A stretch of 64,000 nt of DNA, taken from NCBI GenBank assembly GCA_013152435.1, contig JAADGJ010000037.1:14408-78407 (forward strand). Reading direction: 5' to 3'. Below, in pieces: positions 59,783 through 64,000 of this stretch. The DNA is from Chloroflexota bacterium (GTDB lineage: Bacteria; Chloroflexota; Anaerolineae; DUEN01). Made by a program: the position numbers and the translations under genes. The notes below the pieces were generated by a model that made no database searches, was not told the DNA's origin, and was given only the letters and a program-made list of their open reading frames with translations. Positions within the stretch are counted from its first letter, which is position 1. Each line of letters opens with the position of its first letter.

Positions 59783-62344
59783 TTAAGAGAGGCTGATCTG
59801 CGAGCCCTCCGGGGTCTTCACCACATCAATGCGCACGGGGAACAGGTCCCGTAATTCCTCGATATGCGTGATTACCAGGATCCGCTTGAAATCATCCTGG
59901 ACTGACTGGATCGCCTCCACCAGCCGTTGGCGTCCCTGCGCGTCCTGAGAGCCGAACCCCTCGTCGATGAAGAGGGTCTGCAACCGCGTGCCCGCCCTGC
60001 GGGCCAGGAGCTTGCTCAATGCAATGCGCAGGGCGAAGTTCACGCGAAAAGCCTCCCCGCCGGAGAACATTTCATATGGCCGTTGCCCGACCTCGTCCTG
60101 GATCAGGATATCCAGGGTCTCAACGGTGTTGCCTGTCTTCGTGTCCCGTTGGGTCTGTAGCGAGACGGACATCCGGCCGTCGGTCATGCGGGATAGCAGC
60201 CGGTTGGCCTCGTCCTCGATCTCCGGCACGGCCGTCTCAATGATCATCGACTGCAAGCCCCGCTTGCCGAAGGCCTCCCGCAGCTCCTCGTAGATCGTCT
60301 GCTCCTCGCGCGCCTTCTCCAGCTCCCGCTGGCGCTCGGCCCGTATCTGAGCCTGCTTCTCACACGTGGCCAGACGTTGCTGCGCGGCGCCCAGGCGCAG
60401 CCGGGCCTGCTCCTCCTGCTCCGCCAGCTGGAGCACCACGCGGTCCTGATCCTGCACAGACGCCTCGACATCCGGAAGGTCCCGCACAGCGTCCGCCAGC
60501 TCATTCCGACGTCGCCGCTCCTCCTCCAGGGCCCGCGCCAGCGCGTCCCGGCGCTCAGTCAATTGTGCGACCGCGCGCTGCTCGACCTCGATCTGGGCCA
60601 ACGCCTGCTGCAACTCCTTATAGCGTGCCTCGAAGGGGGCGTACTCCTCGATCCTCATCCTCGCCCGCTCATGGGCGGCCGCGTCATAGCCGATCTCCTC
60701 GATCCGTTGAAGGAGGCGGGCCCGAGCGGCCTGCGCCTCCGTCGCGTACTCGCCCCGATCCAGCAGGCCGCGCAGGCGCTGCACCTCCGATTCGGCCTCC
60801 GCCAGCCTCTCAGCCGCCTGTTGAGCCTCGCCCAGCGCCTGTTCCGCCTGGGCCAGCCGGCGCTGCCACTGGGCCTGGGTCTTCAGCTCCCGCTCGATCT
60901 CCGCCAGCCGCCCTCTCGCCTCCCGCTGTTCGGCCTCCAGGTCCTGGATGCGCTGCGCGTTCTTCCGGAACTCCTCCGCCTTGGCCTTTCCCTCCGCTTC
61001 GAAATCGGCCGTCAGCCGCTGGCGGTCGGCGTCCTCCAACGGCTGCCCGCACAGGGGACAGGCCGCTTCCGCCGTCTGTAGGAGATCGATCTTCTCCTTC
61101 AGCGCCTCCATCTCCCGCTTCAGCAGATCGTTCTGGGTGCGCAGCGCGGCCGTCTCATCGACCCAGCCGGTGAGGAGCTCGCGCAGCCGCTCTGCCTCCC
61201 CGGCCCGCTCCGCCAGCGCCTCTAGCTGCGCCCGGGCCTGCTCGACGGCCTGTCGGCGCTCCTCGATCTGGGCCACCAGCGCCTGCCATTGGGCCACCTG
61301 ATCTTCCAGCGCCTTCAACTCCGCCTCGATCGACGCGCGGGCCATCTGGATCTCCCCATCCAGATGAGCCTTCTCGGCCTCCAACTGGGAGAGGGCCAGC
61401 TGCTTATCCCGCCACGCCCGCTCCTCCGTCTGGGCCTCCTGCCAGGCGCGATATCCCGCCTCGATATTCTCCCGGTCAGAGAGGACCGCCTGCAGCGCCT
61501 CCAGACGCCGCCTCCCCTCCGCGAGCTGGCGCTCCAGTTGCTCAAGCTCGGCCTCGCTGCGTTGCAGGCGCTGCGTCAGTCGCTCCAGCTCCTGCTGCTG
61601 GTGCAAGAGATCCCGGTGGCGGGTGCGCAGATCGTCCAGTCGGCGCTCCGCCTCTCGCAGCCGGGCGCTCAGGTCGGCCACCTGGCGCGCCGCCTCTCGT
61701 TCCTCCGCCTCATACTCCGGTCGGCGGGCGATCTCCTCGTCCAACTGCTGGATCTGCGCCGCCAGTGCCCGCACGATCTCGGCCCGCTCGCGCGCTCGCT
61801 CCTTGGCCCGCTCCTCGTACACGTCGTAGATGTCCAGCCCCAGGATGTCGGCCAGCACTTGTTTGCGCTCGCCGGGCCGCTTTGTGGTGAACTCATCCGC
61901 CCGCCCCTGCACCAGGAAGGCGGAGTTGATGAAGGTCTCATAGTCCAAATGCAGGATCTCCCGGATGCGCCTCTCCGTAGCCCGCACTGTGGGCTCGCTG
62001 ATAGACTTGAAGCGCTCCCCGTCCCACACCTGAAACTCCAGCACCGTCTGCCCGCTGCGACGTCCGCGGCCCTTCCGTCGTTTCCGGATCACCCGATAGC
62101 GAGTTCCCTCCAGGGAGAACTCCAGCTCCACCTCCATCTCCCGCTCCCCCAGGTGGATCAGCGCATCGTCGCTGGAGGCGCGAGACTTCCCCCACAGGGC
62201 CCAGGTCATCGCATCGAGCAGGGCGGATTTGCCATGTCCGTTGTCGCCCGCCAGGCAGGCCACGTGGATCCCTCGGAAGTCCAGCGGAGGCACGTTATCC
62301 CGGTAACACATGAAGTTGCGCAGTTGCAGCTTGAGCGGTATCAT
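59783..62344 (-). CDS. sbcC: SbcC/Rad50-family SMC-like ATPase
   Basis: GDNGHGKSALLDAMTWALWG (Walker A), a long coiled coil with zinc hook CPLCGQP, FSGGEAFRVNFALRIAL (signature) and LFIDEGFGSQD (Walker B). Confidence 0.9.
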   Translation of the reverse strand: MIPLKLQLRNFMCYRDNVPPLDFRGIHVACLAGDNGHGKSALLDAMTWALWGKSRASSDDALIHLGEREMEVELEFSLEGTRYRVIRKRRKGRGRRSGQTVLEFQVWDGERFKSISEPTVRATERRIREILHLDYETFINSAFLVQGRADEFTTKRPGERKQVLADILGLDIYDVYEERAKERARERAEIVRALAAQIQQLDEEIARRPEYEAEEREAARQVADLSARLREAERRLDDLRTRHRDLLHQQQELERLTQRLQRSEAELEQLERQLAEGRRRLEALQAVLSDRENIEAGYRAWQEAQTEERAWRDKQLALSQLEAEKAHLDGEIQMARASIEAELKALEDQVAQWQALVAQIEERRQAVEQARAQLEALAERAGEAERLRELLTGWVDETAALRTQNDLLKREMEALKEKIDLLQTAEAACPLCGQPLEDADRQRLTADFEAEGKAKAEEFRKNAQRIQDLEAEQREARGRLAEIERELKTQAQWQRRLAQAEQALGEAQQAAERLAEAESEVQRLRGLLDRGEYATEAQAARARLLQRIEEIGYDAAAHERARMRIEEYAPFEARYKELQQALAQIEVEQRAVAQLTERRDALARALEEERRRRNELADAVRDLPDVEASVQDQDRVVLQLAEQEEQARLRLGAAQQRLATCEKQAQIRAERQRELEKAREEQTIYEELREAFGKRGLQSMIIETAVPEIEDEANRLLSRMTDGRMSVSLQTQRDTKTGNTVETLDILIQDEVGQRPYEMFSGGEAFRVNFALRIALSKLLARRAGTRLQTLFIDEGFGSQDAQGRQRLVEAIQSVQDDFKRILVITHIEELRDLFPVRIDVVKTPEGSQISLS

Positions 62345-62530
62345 GAGATCCTCTCATGCTTCGTCCATCGATATCGGCGCGCGCAGGGCGATGCCCGGGG
62401 GCTCTCACCACCACGCCAGGAGTGAGATCGCCGGCAGTTTACCACAGGACCAACGAGCCCTCAACTCACACCTTTGCCCGTGTTTCGGTGTTATGAGAGG
62501 TGGTGATCGGCAAAGGAGGATACCTGCAAG

Positions 62531-63430
62531 ATGAAACGGGTTGTGAGCATCAGCCTGGGCAGCTCGATCCGGGACAAGCGGGTTGAGCTGGAGTTCATGG
62601 GAGAGCGCGTCCTCATCGAGCGCATCGGCTGTGACGGCGACGAGCAGATGGCGCGACGCCTGTACAAAGAGCTGGACGGCAAAGTGGACGCGTTCGGGGT
62701 GGGGGGCATTGACCTGAACGTGCGCGTGTTCGACCGCTATTATCCCATTTACGGCGCTCGCAAGCTGATCGCCGACGTGCGACACACCCCCGTCGTCGAC
62801 GGGGACGGCGTACGCCGGATCGTGGAACGACAGCTCGCCCAACACGTGGAGTCCCAGATCGGCGACGAGATCCAGCCGAAGCGGGTTATGATCACGACCG
62901 CGGTGGATCGGTTCGACATGGCGCTCTCCTTCCACGAGGCGGGATACGAGGCCACTTACTGCGACTTCATGTTCGCGCTGGGCTTGCCCATCCCGATCCA
63001 CTCCCTGCGCTCGCTTCGTATCCTGGCGGCCCTCCTCCTGCCGGTCCTGGGACGTCTGCCGCTGAGCATGTTGTATCCCACCGGCGCCAAGCAGCAAGAG
63101 ATCGTCCCCAAATTCGGCCGCTGGTATCAGTGGGCCACCGTCATCGCCGGTGATTTCAACTACATCAAGCGACACATCCCCGACCGCCTGGACGGGAAGG
63201 TGATCGTCACTAACACCACCACCGAGGCGGACATGGACCTCCTGCGCGATCGGGGCGTGAAGTACCTGGTGACCTCTACCCCCCGGCTGAACGGCCGCAC
63301 CTTCGGCACCAACGTGATGGAAGCACTCCTGACGGCGTTGGCCGGCAAGGGACGCCCGCTGACACACGAGGAGCTGTTGGAGATGATGCGGCACGTGGAC
63401 ATCACCCCGACGGTCACCCGCCTCAACTGA
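62531..63430 (+). CDS. conserved hypothetical protein (family that I recall being auto-annotated as quinate 5-dehydrogenase-like); function not established
   Basis: 299 aa. MKRVVSISLGSSIRDKRVELEFMGERVLIERIGCDGDEQMARRLYKELDGKVDAFGVGGIDL. RBS AAGGAGG upstream. The opposite-strand ORF 62405..63811 looks spurious. Confidence 0.6.
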   Translation: MKRVVSISLGSSIRDKRVELEFMGERVLIERIGCDGDEQMARRLYKELDGKVDAFGVGGIDLNVRVFDRYYPIYGARKLIADVRHTPVVDGDGVRRIVERQLAQHVESQIGDEIQPKRVMITTAVDRFDMALSFHEAGYEATYCDFMFALGLPIPIHSLRSLRILAALLLPVLGRLPLSMLYPTGAKQQEIVPKFGRWYQWATVIAGDFNYIKRHIPDRLDGKVIVTNTTTEADMDLLRDRGVKYLVTSTPRLNGRTFGTNVMEALLTALAGKGRPLTHEELLEMMRHVDITPTVTRLN

Positions 63431-63452
63431 GCAGGCTCCGGGGAGCAAACGA

Positions 63453-63482
63453 AACGGGCGATCCGTGCACGGATCGCCCGTT
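63453..63482. terminator. bidirectional hairpin terminator between convergent genes
   Basis: AACGGGCGATCCG-TGCA-CGGATCGCCCGTT, a perfect 13-bp stem. Confidence 0.8.
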
Positions 63483-63504
63483 CTCATGCGGCCGTCTGAG
63501 AAGG

Positions 63505-64000
63505 CTAGAACCCCTGGAGTCGGCTGAGATCCGCGATGCCGTCGGGGAGCGCCGCCACATGCTGAACCAGCCCCAGCCGAGCGGCCCGCAAGTCCGGGTC
63601 CTCCGCCATAACCAGGATGTCGGTGAAGAACGCGTTGATGGGATCCTTCAGCATACGCAGCGCGGTCGCCAATTGGGCCACGTCCCCCTCGGGCGAGACC
63701 CACTCGCGGGCGGCCAGATAAGCCTGGTATAGCGCCTGCGCGCTGGGCTCCGTCAGCCGATCCGGCTGCAGGGGATAACGCTCCTGGATGTCCCGTACGA
63801 TGCGCTTGCACCGGGCGTAAGCGATGAGCAGTTCGCCCCAGTCGGGCTCCTCTACCAGCTCCGCCAGATCCTGGACGGTGCGATAGGCTCGGTACGGATC
63901 GTCGCCGCGCTCCGCCAGCACGGCATCCACCACATCGTATCGGTACCCTTCGTCCAGGAGCCAGGCCCGCAGGCGGCCCTCCACGAACGCGGCCGCCTCC
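63505..64000 (-). CDS. glyS: glycine--tRNA ligase beta subunit, C-terminal part (gene continues past the right edge)
   Basis: The frame is open to the window end. The tail ...LKDPINAFFTDILVMAEDPDLRAARLGLVQHVAALPDGIADLSRLQGF matches the conserved GlyS C-terminus (FFD.VMVM.ED..R.NRL.LL). Confidence 0.8.
   Translation of the reverse strand, partial: EAAAFVEGRLRAWLLDEGYRYDVVDAVLAERGDDPYRAYRTVQDLAELVEEPDWGELLIAYARCKRIVRDIQERYPLQPDRLTEPSAQALYQAYLAAREWVSPEGDVAQLATALRMLKDPINAFFTDILVMAEDPDLRAARLGLVQHVAALPDGIADLSRLQGF

Overview
High-GC (~65%) bacterial chromosomal segment. It is densely coded, and gene content (DUF2723, MGDG-synthase-like GT28, LysM/Gmad2, exosortase/EpsI, DHH-CBS-CCA fusion) suggests a Chloroflexota-like organism; that assignment is inference only. 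I support 48 protein-coding genes, two of them truncated by the window edges. They include housekeeping genes (gyrB, mutS2, rnj, glyS 3' end, cca, glpK, mtnN, nnrE, sbcC). There is also a large envelope/glycan component: a HlyD-FtsX-2xABC export module followed by an O-antigen-ligase-like gene, an EPS locus with GT4 enzymes and a priming glycosylphosphotransferase, and an exosortase/EpsI pair. A LysM protein and an S8 protease with a propeller-like tail belong to the same theme. Two substrate-binding-protein loci and several small operons of unknown function complete the set. By eye I found no rRNA, tRNA, CRISPR array, integrase or transposase. Sixteen sigma70-type promoters (TTGnnn, 16-18 nt spacer, TAnnnT) and eleven hairpin terminators can be read directly. 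The signals least explained by ordinary annotation are these. (1) A mosaic family of GC-rich hairpin repeats sits at six or more intergenic sites, and one copy has MITE-like inverted ends. (2) The MacB/Dev-like export module has a single-chain double-FtsX permease, two different ATPases (one carrying an AbrB/SpoVT-like C-terminal domain) and a co-oriented Wzy_C-type protein. (3) Four long structured leaders (300-460 nt) have no recognisable riboswitch: upstream of the exosortase, the S8 protease, an ATPase-less peptide/nickel-type ABC operon and rnj. (4) A GT4 glycosyltransferase is split by an ATGA overlap. (5) A four-gene HD / unknown / Cys-rich / CPBP operon has no assignable function. All functions come from motif recognition in the supplied translations. 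No database search was run, and start codons are best guesses.
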